This document shows, one piece after another, positions 43,580 to 52,478 of a stretch of 64,000 nt of DNA. The notes under the pieces are model-generated. The model was not told the origin of the DNA. It did no database searches and was given only the letters and a program-made list of their open reading frames with translations. Location: the sequence record OR836606.1. One strand, 5' to 3'. Made by a program: the position numbers and the translations under genes. Every line of letters begins with the position of its first letter. Within the stretch, counting starts at the first letter, position 1.

Positions 43580-43654
43580 TTTTTATATACTATTTTACTA
43601 AAATATCTAATACAATCTAGTTAGATTTGTTTTATAAAAATTTGCGATAATAAA

Positions 43655-43685
43655 TAGGTAATGACAAATAATATGTCATTACCTA
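43655..43685 (-). terminator. Terminator after terminase
   Basis: TAGGTAATGACA/TGTCATTACCTA stem, same sequence family as 10507-10537. Confidence 0.75.
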
Positions 43686-43693
43686 TAATATAT

Positions 43694-46600
43694 TTAATCT
43701 AATAGATTCATTATTCTTTTTGATTTCTGATCTGGAGAAGAATTGTTATTCTGTAATAAAGGATTACTAGGGAGATTACCATCAATAATTCCACTAATAC
43801 GTTTCATGGATGCAATATCTTTTCTTCTAGCTTGTCTTTCTTTTTCAATTTCTTCTGCATTATCTCCATCTGCAGATACCATTGAACCGTATTTAACTTT
43901 AACAAATTTCTTAATGTCTTTCTCATAGTAATAAGCATATAAACAAAATAGATAACTCATAAGTAAATCGTCATGTCCGCCATCAGGGTGATCAATTCTA
44001 CCTTTTTTCATTTGAAGGGATTTTATTTGTTGGAATAATGGTTTATTATTAACTAAATAAGGTTTTTCTTCAACAATCATTGATAAAATTTCATTGAGCA
44101 TTAGATCTGCTATATAAATTCATGAGTTTAATTTAATTAAAATGAATTTATTCGACTTCGTCATCACTCTGACTTACTTTGCACTTTAAGTTTTTTCGTT
44201 ATAAACTACTTCAACAGAAAGCTTTAATCAAAGCAGAGGTTAAAGCTCTTAAGTCATCGCATTTGGACATTTAGAGGAATAAGACCTCATTTAGCCTGCC
44301 CAACAAAACGCTTACCATACAGTTTTAAATTGACAGCAGCGTTATAATCTCTATCCATTTTATGTCCACAATCACAGGAATACCATCTATCTGATAGTTT
44401 CAACTTATCTTCTTTAGTTAGAATTTGGCCACAATTAGAACATAATTGAGTTGATGGAAACCATCTGTCAGCTACAATAATAGTATTACCATTGCTTTCA
44501 GCTTTTTGTTCAAGTAAAGTCCTAAACTGTCTCCAATTGGACTGTGCGATTGATTTGGATAGTTTTCTATTTTTAATCATATTTGAAACCTGTAAATCTT
44601 CAATAGTTATATATTGATAATTGTTAATCAAGTTAGTAGTAATCTTATGAAGATAATCTTTTTTAATATTATTAATTCTATACCATACTTTTTGTATTTT
44701 GGTTTTCAATACATTGTATTTATTAGAACCATAAACTTTTTTAGATAATCTTTTTTGGTAGTATTTGATTTTATTATAGAGTGAGATTAGTTTATTATTT
44801 AATGAATGGTATTTTTTAAATTTACCGAAATCATCATTAATAATAGCTAAATCTTTTACACCTAAATCAATACCTACATGACTATTGTTATGAATTAATT
44901 TTTTACTGTTATCAACTTTCATTACTATCGAAGCGAAATACCTACCAGCATATTTGGATATAGTTACTTCTTGTATAGAATTATAATCTTTGTTTAAAGG
45001 TTCTTTCATTTTAATTAATGAATTTACACCACGCAATTTAAGTTTATTATTTTTCTCACCTTTAATTTGAATAGCGTAAGGATCTTTCCTATAGAACCTT
45101 GCTCTTAATTTAGATTTCTTTTTAGATTTAAATTTAGGATATTTACCATATCCTTTCCACATCATATTAAATGCTTTACCTAGATCTTCTGTAGAAGTTT
45201 CAATTATCATGATAATTTGATCTTTCTCCCAATCTTCTTTACATTTTTTAAGTTCATCACGAACTCTACGATGAGTTGGTTTTGGTAAAGATTTATCAAT
45301 TTGATAATTATTCCACATATATTTCCATTTATTAAGTGCCTTGTTATAAATATAACGACTATATCCAAAAGCTTGATTAAATATCTCTCGTTGTTCTTTA
45401 TTAGGTTTCAATTCGATTTTTATAGATTTGTACATGTGATTTTCACCTCGATTCATATTTCTAAATGATTTAGAATTTATAATTCATTGTTTAATATATC
45501 GAGGTAAAAATTATTTTAATTAAATTAAACTCACGAATTCCAGAAATCCCTTTCAGGTTCTGTTAAATAGCAAGACTATATCATGATCCATTAAATCAAT
45601 GGACCCCTCGCACTTCGAAAAACTTCTGATGAAGTTAATCTACTCTACTCACTTCACATAGTATTTCAACTATGCTTATTCAGGTTAATCAAACCTGTGC
45701 TTTCGATAGTCGTTGAACGTTTATCCATCATGTGGACACTTCGCTGCTAGACTTCCCATTGTTTACAAACTTTAGCGATCTAGGGTTTTCACCTAGACTT
45801 GTTTTCAGCATAGTTCATCTTAGAGATTTTTTCTGTCTTTCGACTGCATGTCACGCTATCCATTACTGGCATACGTTGTAGCTCTCTAAGCTTTAGGGTT
45901 TTACAAGCAATTCACGAGGTATTTTTACCACTAATTTCATGAATTAAAATTAGTTTAATTTACTTATATAGTAGCAGAGCGTGAAACATGAATTAATAAG
46001 AATTTAAGTCTTAATTCACTTAAAATATCTTAAATTAAAACTGTTTCGTTACTCTAGATTTTTTAGTTGTATCAATACCATATCTTCTTACTTGTTTGGT
46101 AACTTTATTAGTGCTATTTCTAGGAATTTCATTAAATACTTGCTTATTAACTTCAACTTGTTTTTCTGCTACTCTATTCTTTAATGAGTAGAAAATATTG
46201 TCTCCAATACCATCAGTTTGAATCATATCTTCTATCATTACAGTACCTGCATAGTTACGTTCAGGTATTAATACTGCATTAGGTATATAAAGCGTAATAA
46301 GTTCTTTAATTAATTTTCTAAAAGTAGGTCCATTAATTACATTATTTTGGAAAATCATTACAGGCTCTAATGTACCTGGATCAACTACAGTAAATGCAGT
46401 ATTATCTCGACCAAGACCACCAGATATATCAATACCAACAAGCCAGTTCTTTTCATGCATATTATCCATCTTTTTAACCATATAAACATAATAAGTTTTA
46501 CCATTTATTTTAAAATCAATAGTATTATATATCTCTTTATTTGCATATAATGATAATTCTGACATTTGTTGTTCATCAAATAAAGAATCATCGTTACTAA

Positions 46601-48276
46601 ACGCCCATTCAAGAAGTATCTCACGTTTAACTGCTTCTAAAGAACCAATTTGACGTTTTTGCTTTTCTAACCAAGCATCATCTTTACCTAATTCTTTATA
46701 TGAATATTCTATATAGATGAATGAATTGCCTGAATTACTTTCCATATACTCTTCTAATTTTTCATTACCCTCTTCTTCAGAATTAATGTAATAATCATAT
46801 ATTTTTTCTGTCCATTGTGCTGCATCATTCATTTGCTCAAAGAAGAACTGTCCTTGAGGTACATCCAAAGTACTCATATTTTTTATCCTATATTAATTTA
46901 ATATAGATAAGACTATATCTTAGTATATTATAATACCATTTATTATTTAGTCGTTAAACAAGTATTATCAACTTGATGCTGATTGTCTTAATAAAGATTT
47001 TCCAGCAATTAAATAAATAAGCCCAGTTTAATTTTAGGCGTTGTTGTAATTAGAAGACCATAAGGTGTGCCATTTTTCTTAGCTATTGCAGATGCTGTAG
47101 AAACTGCCTTTTAATATTAATCTACATGGATTCCATATAGAATAGACTATATCTTAGTATTATATTAATACTATTTATTATTTAGTCGTTGAACACTATA
47201 AATAGCGATGCTGATCGTCTTAATAAAGATTTTCCAGCAATTAAATAAATAAGCCCGCATTAATTTCAGGCCTCATTGCTTCAAACATTGTTTGGTTGTG
47301 TGGAATGAATGCCCACTCATCCAACCAGACCATAGGTCATTATGTTAACTATATTTAAAAAATATAGATCAGACTATATCATACTCATATAAATAAGTGA
47401 ATATATTTAGTCGTTGAACACTATAATTAGTGATGCTGATTAAGATAATAATCTATTCCAGCAATTAATATTCTTTTACTACTGCAACTATCTACAGTAG
47501 AACCACGCTATTTTAGACTATATCTTCAATTTTATAATTGTCTTTTATTTAGTCGTTGAACACATATGTGATGCTGATCAAATTAAATAATTTGTCCCAG
47601 CAATTAAAAAGATTTATAGCAAGCCATGATATTAACCTGCTTTATTTGCACTCTCACTGTTAGTCGGAGGTGAAACTGTTTTAATAGTATTGTTATTACT
47701 AGCTAATTGAAATTCGTTGATCTTATCTCTATCATTTTTATCTCCAAAATTAGCTAATACATATTCAGGTAAACATTTCTCTTTAAATAAGTTTTTAAGA
47801 CGTTTTAAGTTCTCAGTTGTATCTGAATAAGATTTGTGTGTAAATAACATTGTATAGTTACTACCTACTAATAACATTATCCATGAATAATAACATACTG
47901 CTGAATATGTTTTATAGTGCTGACGTGGAAGCATTATAGCTGTATCTAAATTGTGTAACATACAAAATGTCATCGCCATATTACCTCTATGAAGTTCATA
48001 CATAACCTTACCGCCAGGAACAGGAACTCTTATAACTTCCCTTAAATAAAACCATATATTAATTTTAGCTTCCCTTAATACACGGGTTTTCATTTCATCA
48101 GAAAGTTCAGGATCCCAAGGATCTACTCCTACAAGATTTTTATCATATAGAGTTAATGGAATCCCATAATTTCTGACGTTGTTCTTCTTAAGATCCCTAG
48201 CCACTCTTAAAAAACTAACATTATTAGTTTTATAATCGTAATAAACTTTTTTCTTTAATTTTGGTTTAATTGTCAT
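43694..48276 (-). CDS. terL: Terminase large subunit, spliced from six exons (48276-47635, 47507-47494, 47337-47268, 47107-47036, 46874-46052, 44106-43694; ~677 aa)
   Basis: Walker A-like PRQHYKT; spliced product restores GRGSTVPMVWLDEWAF (Walker B), LLITTTP-STLD, nuclease VGIDISGG and GGHDDLLMS; exon sum 2034 nt is a multiple of 3. Last junction is the least certain. Confidence 0.88.
44287..45435 (-). CDS. tnpB: TnpB RNA-guided endonuclease (IS200/IS605/IS607 OrfB family)
   Basis: N-terminal HTH (KIELKPNKEQ..FGYSRYIYN), RuvC GIDLG / TIEDL / DRDYNAAVNL, Zn finger CSNC..CDC; likely start ATG 45435 after GAGGTG (track start 45456). Confidence 0.93.
   Translation of the reverse strand: MYKSIKIELKPNKEQREIFNQAFGYSRYIYNKALNKWKYMWNNYQIDKSLPKPTHRRVRDELKKCKEDWEKDQIIMIIETSTEDLGKAFNMMWKGYGKYPKFKSKKKSKLRARFYRKDPYAIQIKGEKNNKLKLRGVNSLIKMKEPLNKDYNSIQEVTISKYAGRYFASIVMKVDNSKKLIHNNSHVGIDLGVKDLAIINDDFGKFKKYHSLNNKLISLYNKIKYYQKRLSKKVYGSNKYNVLKTKIQKVWYRINNIKKDYLHKITTNLINNYQYITIEDLQVSNMIKNRKLSKSIAQSNWRQFRTLLEQKAESNGNTIIVADRWFPSTQLCSNCGQILTKEDKLKLSDRWYSCDCGHKMDRDYNAAVNLKLYGKRFVGQAK
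45480..45491 (-). promoter_or_regulatory. Candidate late promoter for tnpB inside an RBS-sequestering hairpin
   Basis: Minus strand AACAATGAATTA lies between hairpin arms 45498-45509 and 45441-45452; the 3' arm contains the GAGGUG SD. Confidence 0.6.
46875..47035 (-). ncRNA. Miniature group I intron T4 in terminase (161 nt)
   Basis: P1 GCCU/GGGC; P AAUUGCUGGAAA, Q AAUCAGCAUC, R GUUUAACGACUAAA, S AAGAUAUAGUCU; ends AUG; restores TTTP-STLD. Confidence 0.85.
47108..47267 (-). ncRNA. Miniature group I intron T3 in terminase (160 nt)
   Basis: P1 AGGCCU/GGGCUU; full P/Q/R/S set; terminal G; restores EAMRP-AVSTA. Confidence 0.88.
47338..47493 (-). ncRNA. Miniature group I intron T2 in terminase (156 nt)
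   Basis: P1 CUACUGU/GCAGUAG; P/Q/R/S; phase-2 junction GT|A restores GSTVPMVWLDE. Confidence 0.9.
47508..47634 (-). ncRNA. Miniature group I intron T1 in terminase (127 nt, no P9)
   Basis: P1 GCAGGU/GGCUUGC; P3 UCUUUU/AAAAGA; P4; R GUUCAACGACUAAA; S AAGAUAUAGUCU followed only by AAAAUAG; restores KAG-RG. Confidence 0.88.
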
Positions 48277-48295
48277 ATTTATTTCAACTCACTTT

Positions 48296-49459
48296 CTATA
48301 CATTTAATCTATCTGATTTTTTAATTAATGTTTGAATATCAGAAAGTTGTTGTTTTAATTCATTTTTAACTTCTTTATCATTATTAGGGTTACTTATTTC
48401 AAATTTTAATGTTTTAATAATAGCTTCAATTGAATCCGTTGGATAGTCTCTATAGTCTCTAATAAACAATCTACTTGGATATAATAATTTCCTAACAATT
48501 TTACCTAATAAAGTTTTACCTTTTTTATTTTCAGATTTAGTTCTAAATGATTTGTATATGATATCATAAAAATTTATAATTTCAGTAGAATAACCGTATA
48601 ACGTAGGTAACTGATTAGCCGATCTTTCTGAAAGGTTGTAGTTCATTTTACCCACTCTTTCATTATCTAAAAGATTTAAAGTTACATTAGCTATAAAAGA
48701 ACTGCCTAACACCAGTGGTAATACTCCTGTCAATGAAGTTAATCCAGCAACTAAAACTGTCATAGCTATAATCATAGGACCTGCGAATTTTAAATTTCTA
48801 GTTGTATCAGATTCAATGTCCTTAGTATACTGAAATTGAACTGGCTTGTTATCTTTATATTTTAATTCAAAAGCGGGTTCTTTTCCTTGGCTTAATACTT
48901 TAATTTCGATAGGTAAAAATAGATTATGTCCCATTTCATGCAATAATAATGCAGTACACATTCTTTCATTAAAATTACTAAAAGTCACTTCTTTAGAAGA
49001 TTTTTTCTTTTCTAAAAAGTATCTTATTGAAGATAACTCAATAAATACCTCAATTTCCCTAGGTTTAGCGTAATGTATACCATTTTTCTCTTCCATAACT
49101 ATTTTTGTTATGCCATCAATAGTATCTCTTATTTGTTCTGGCTTAATTAAAGTATAAGCCACTGATCTTACTCTAAATTTATCTTTACCTTTAGGATCAG
49201 CTTCAACAAATTTTAATTGCATATTAGCATTAAATAATTTTTTAGTAATTTTAGAAATATTATTAGCTATTTTATTTATTTCATGTTTATCAATTAAATC
49301 AAATTCAGATTTATCGAAATTATAGCTATCTAATAAAGTTTTAAATTCTTCATCTATTTCTCTAAGTAATGAAGTATTTTTACTGAAATTAAAAGCATCT
49401 TCATTAATATTCATTATTTTATTAATTTTATTCAATTGGCATTCTTTTCGTAAATCCAT
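48296..49459 (-). CDS. HEXXH metallopeptidase-like protein, paralog 1 (probable virion/head protein)
   Basis: LLHEMGH, hydrophobic hairpin, ERSANQLPTLYGY; located between terminase and capsid genes. Confidence 0.65.
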   Translation of the reverse strand: MDLRKECQLNKINKIMNINEDAFNFSKNTSLLREIDEEFKTLLDSYNFDKSEFDLIDKHEINKIANNISKITKKLFNANMQLKFVEADPKGKDKFRVRSVAYTLIKPEQIRDTIDGITKIVMEEKNGIHYAKPREIEVFIELSSIRYFLEKKKSSKEVTFSNFNERMCTALLLHEMGHNLFLPIEIKVLSQGKEPAFELKYKDNKPVQFQYTKDIESDTTRNLKFAGPMIIAMTVLVAGLTSLTGVLPLVLGSSFIANVTLNLLDNERVGKMNYNLSERSANQLPTLYGYSTEIINFYDIIYKSFRTKSENKKGKTLLGKIVRKLLYPSRLFIRDYRDYPTDSIEAIIKTLKFEISNPNNDKEVKNELKQQLSDIQTLIKKSDRLNV

Positions 49460-49486
49460 AATTAAATAATAATCTCCCTTCTTTAT

Positions 49487-50593
49487 TTATATATCAGGTG
49501 TTAACCTATCAGACATTTTTATTAATTTCTGAATGTCACTAATAGTTTTCTTTATTTCTTCTTTAGTTTTAGCATCATTATTACTATTAGATAATTCTTT
49601 TTGTAATATTTTCACATTACTCTCTATTATATCTGTTTCCCAATCTTTATAATCTCTTATAAAAAGGTTGAAAGGATATAATAATTTATTTTTAATTTTA
49701 TTAATTTTACTGTTGTTATATATTGGTGGTTTACTACCTTCTAATTTATCTATCTCTCTAACTATTATTGTAGTTTTAGTTAATTCTCTAGCATAACCAT
49801 ATAAATTAGGAAGATAATCTGCAGTTCTTTCAGTTAAATTATAATCTTTATTATTTTTATTTTTCTTTATATTTCTGTTTAAAAAAACAGTTGTAACCAT
49901 TCCACTTCCGATACCTATAGGTGCATTAACAATACTTAAAAAGATAAAGAATAAAGTCATAGCAGATATCATAGGTATAGCAAATTTTTTATTTCTTTTT
50001 TCATCTTCTTCAATATCTTTTGAGTAAGAAAACATTTGAGGTGGATTATCTTTATATTTCAATTCAAATTTAGGAGTTTTTCCTTTATTAAGTACATTTA
50101 ATTCTAAAGGTAAAATTAAATTATGTCCTATTTCATGAAGTAAGACTGAAGTTAATAAACTTCCATCAAATAGATTGTCTATTATTTTATTTTTACCTTT
50201 TAATAAAATACAGTATCTTATAAAGTTTAACTCCATATCAACTATTATTTTAGTCGGTTTAGCATAATATATCCCATTTTTTTCTTCAGAGACTATTTTT
50301 AATAATCCCAATGCTATATCTTTTGCTTGTTTTTCATTCCATCTTGTTTGACCTATGAAATTACATGAATAATATTTAGAATCATTCAATTCTAAGAAAT
50401 TAAATCTCAAATCAGTGTTAAATAATTCATTACATATTTTCTCTATTTCTTTTTCTTTATTTTTAAAATTAAAGTCAATAAATTCTTCTTTATTAAGATC
50501 ATATGAATTTATTAATTCATTAAATACATTATCAATTAATTTTAGCTTATTCTTATTTTTACTATTAATAAACATATCTTCGTTAAGAAGCAA
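49487..50593 (-). CDS. HEXXH metallopeptidase-like protein, paralog 2
   Basis: LLHEIGH, FELKYKDN, ERTADYLPNLYGY, LLYPFNLFIRDYKD shared with paralog 1. Confidence 0.65.
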   Translation of the reverse strand: MLLNEDMFINSKNKNKLKLIDNVFNELINSYDLNKEEFIDFNFKNKEKEIEKICNELFNTDLRFNFLELNDSKYYSCNFIGQTRWNEKQAKDIALGLLKIVSEEKNGIYYAKPTKIIVDMELNFIRYCILLKGKNKIIDNLFDGSLLTSVLLHEIGHNLILPLELNVLNKGKTPKFELKYKDNPPQMFSYSKDIEEDEKRNKKFAIPMISAMTLFFIFLSIVNAPIGIGSGMVTTVFLNRNIKKNKNNKDYNLTERTADYLPNLYGYARELTKTTIIVREIDKLEGSKPPIYNNSKINKIKNKLLYPFNLFIRDYKDWETDIIESNVKILQKELSNSNNDAKTKEEIKKTISDIQKLIKMSDRLTPDI

Positions 50594-50627
50594 GTTCTCT
50601 CACACCTTTTTCTTTTTATAAAATAAA

Positions 50628-50655
50628 CCCATACATTCACTAAGGAATGTATGGG
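50628..50655 (-). terminator. Terminator after major capsid gene
   Basis: CCCATACATTC/GAATGTATGGG stem, U tract on minus strand. Confidence 0.75.
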
Positions 50656-50686
50656 TAATATAAATAACAAAAATAAAGTATTACTC

Positions 50687-52291
50687 TTATCGAGCGTATA
50701 CTGAACCGTTGTTGTTTTTGATTGTAATACGTCCAATGATCGGAACGAATGATTCAACTGTATATCTACGAGTCATCATCATGTTAGGAACATTAGGGTT
50801 ACGAGTATTTAAGTAACCTCCACCATTTACAACATTGAATGTGTAAGGGTAGAACATAAATGTTTTATAGTTATCTTGTTGAGGGACAGCAATAATAGTC
50901 AATTCACCTTGACGAACTAAGTCAGAACCGATAATACGGTAGTTAGCAGTACCTGAAGCAGCACCTAATGAATAGTTAATTTTGATTCCGTTAGAATACG
51001 CATCAGCGTTACGGTCTCCACCATTGAAAGTCCAAGAAACGTTAGGAATTAAACGAACGTCTAATGGGTTACCAACGATAACGAATTGAACATCATATAA
51101 TTTATAATCATTTTTCATTGATTGAGTAGTGTGGTCGATTACTTCACGTAAACCTTCTAACCAATCTTTAGGATGTGCGCTGTAATCACTATGTGGGAAT
51201 ACATCGAAGCTGAAATGATATTTAGCATCAGTTTCTTTATATTCACGATCTAAGAATTCAATAATGTCTAAGTCAACTTTTTGACTAGATAATTGAGACA
51301 TAGTTTCTGATAAACGAGCAACGCCATCGATATCATAAGTAGCTTTCATATCTTGAATTACTTCAAGAGGTACTGTAGCTTCGATGTGTTGAGCTGTATC
51401 AATAACAACATCTTTACGAGTTAATCCAAGTTCAACGTTTGTAGCTGAAGTATGTTGTTCTGAAGCTACATAACCTTTGACTTTAACATCAGTTAATTTA
51501 CCTGAAGCAGAAGTCAAAGTAAGTTCACCTGAAGAAACATCCACTTTACCTAAGATAGTGTCAGTTTCAACTTCACCATCACCATTTGTAGGATATTTAA
51601 TTTGTCCTACTAATGTGTCATTGTCTTGTAATTTAACTACGTTAGAACCTAATTCAACGAATCCAGCTTCAGAAGTACGTTCATCATATGAATCGCTCCA
51701 TTTAGCTTCAACGATTTTGAATTTACGATCTAAACGGTCAATACCTTTACGAACTTCTTTACCTTCTTTTAATCCAGTAAATAAATCGTAGTCAGTAATT
51801 TTTCCACCGTCAACTTGGATATCTTCTTTAATTTGAACTAATCCAACTAGAGTTTCAGGAGTGTTGTTAATTGATTCTGGTAAAGCATGTCGGTTACCAT
51901 CTGCATCTACAACATATGGAGTTAAGATTGGAACTGTAAAGTTTGGTTTATTAGCAACTTGAGTTGGTAGAGCTTCAGTTAAAGCTAAACGAGCCCATAG
52001 TTTAACTAAAATAGGCATAGAAAGTGAAGCGTAAGGTTGGATAGGACCCATTGAAGATTCCATTAAGATTTCTTCACGAGTATTGTCTAACATTCCAGCT
52101 AAAGCTTCTCCTTCAGCAGCGTCAAAACCTTCTAATAATTGATCTTTATAACTTTCAAATACTGCATCATCAGTAGCAATAGCAGCGAAATCTCCGCCGA
52201 TAGTACTAAGATTATATGATTCATTAATAGAATTTTCAATATCTTCTAAACGAATCGAAAATTCATCTTTAATTCTGTTTGGGTTTAACAT
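50687..52291 (-). CDS. Major capsid protein precursor (534 aa)
   Basis: Strongly biased high-expression codon usage, acidic propeptide ending near ILMES, GPIQPY..MP pattern, own terminator, near the prohead protease. Confidence 0.8.
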   Translation of the reverse strand: MLNPNRIKDEFSIRLEDIENSINESYNLSTIGGDFAAIATDDAVFESYKDQLLEGFDAAEGEALAGMLDNTREEILMESSMGPIQPYASLSMPILVKLWARLALTEALPTQVANKPNFTVPILTPYVVDADGNRHALPESINNTPETLVGLVQIKEDIQVDGGKITDYDLFTGLKEGKEVRKGIDRLDRKFKIVEAKWSDSYDERTSEAGFVELGSNVVKLQDNDTLVGQIKYPTNGDGEVETDTILGKVDVSSGELTLTSASGKLTDVKVKGYVASEQHTSATNVELGLTRKDVVIDTAQHIEATVPLEVIQDMKATYDIDGVARLSETMSQLSSQKVDLDIIEFLDREYKETDAKYHFSFDVFPHSDYSAHPKDWLEGLREVIDHTTQSMKNDYKLYDVQFVIVGNPLDVRLIPNVSWTFNGGDRNADAYSNGIKINYSLGAASGTANYRIIGSDLVRQGELTIIAVPQQDNYKTFMFYPYTFNVVNGGGYLNTRNPNVPNMMMTRRYTVESFVPIIGRITIKNNNGSVYAR

Positions 52292-52354
52292 AAATTTTTT
52301 CTGCTCCTTTTCTTAAATATATTAGCGTGTAGTTTATATTTATTAATTTTATTA

Positions 52355-52366
52355 TATAAATTTGTT
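52355..52366 (-). promoter_or_regulatory. Candidate late promoter for major capsid gene
   Basis: Minus strand AACAAATTTATA. Confidence 0.5.
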
Positions 52367-52478
52367 TATAAAAAATAATCATTATTTGTAATGAAATATT
52401 TCTTTTTATATGTTAATGTTATTAATGTTATTAATTTTATAAATATTAACAAAAAAGAATAAAATCTGAAATATAAAA

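Larger units (their letters stand above)
44107..46051 (-). mobile_element. Group I intron carrying TnpB (IStron-like, no transposase), ~1945 nt
   Basis: P1 UAGAGU/GCUCUG, P3 CCUCG/CGAGG, Q AGCAGCGAAG, R GUUCAACGACUA, P8, S GAUAUAGUCU, P9 GAAA tetraloop, 28-bp stem enclosing tnpB, P9.0 UGCUAU/AUAGCA then G. Confidence 0.85.

Noticed and set aside
44116-45540. Terminal inverted repeats of a DDE-type IS or MITE
   Set aside because: No transposase, TnpB families lack TIRs, and the mismatches are strand-specific G-U pairs, indicating an RNA stem
43694-48276. Terminase fragments as a pseudogene or frameshifted gene
   Set aside because: The gaps contain group I core motifs, and their removal restores conserved motifs in frame
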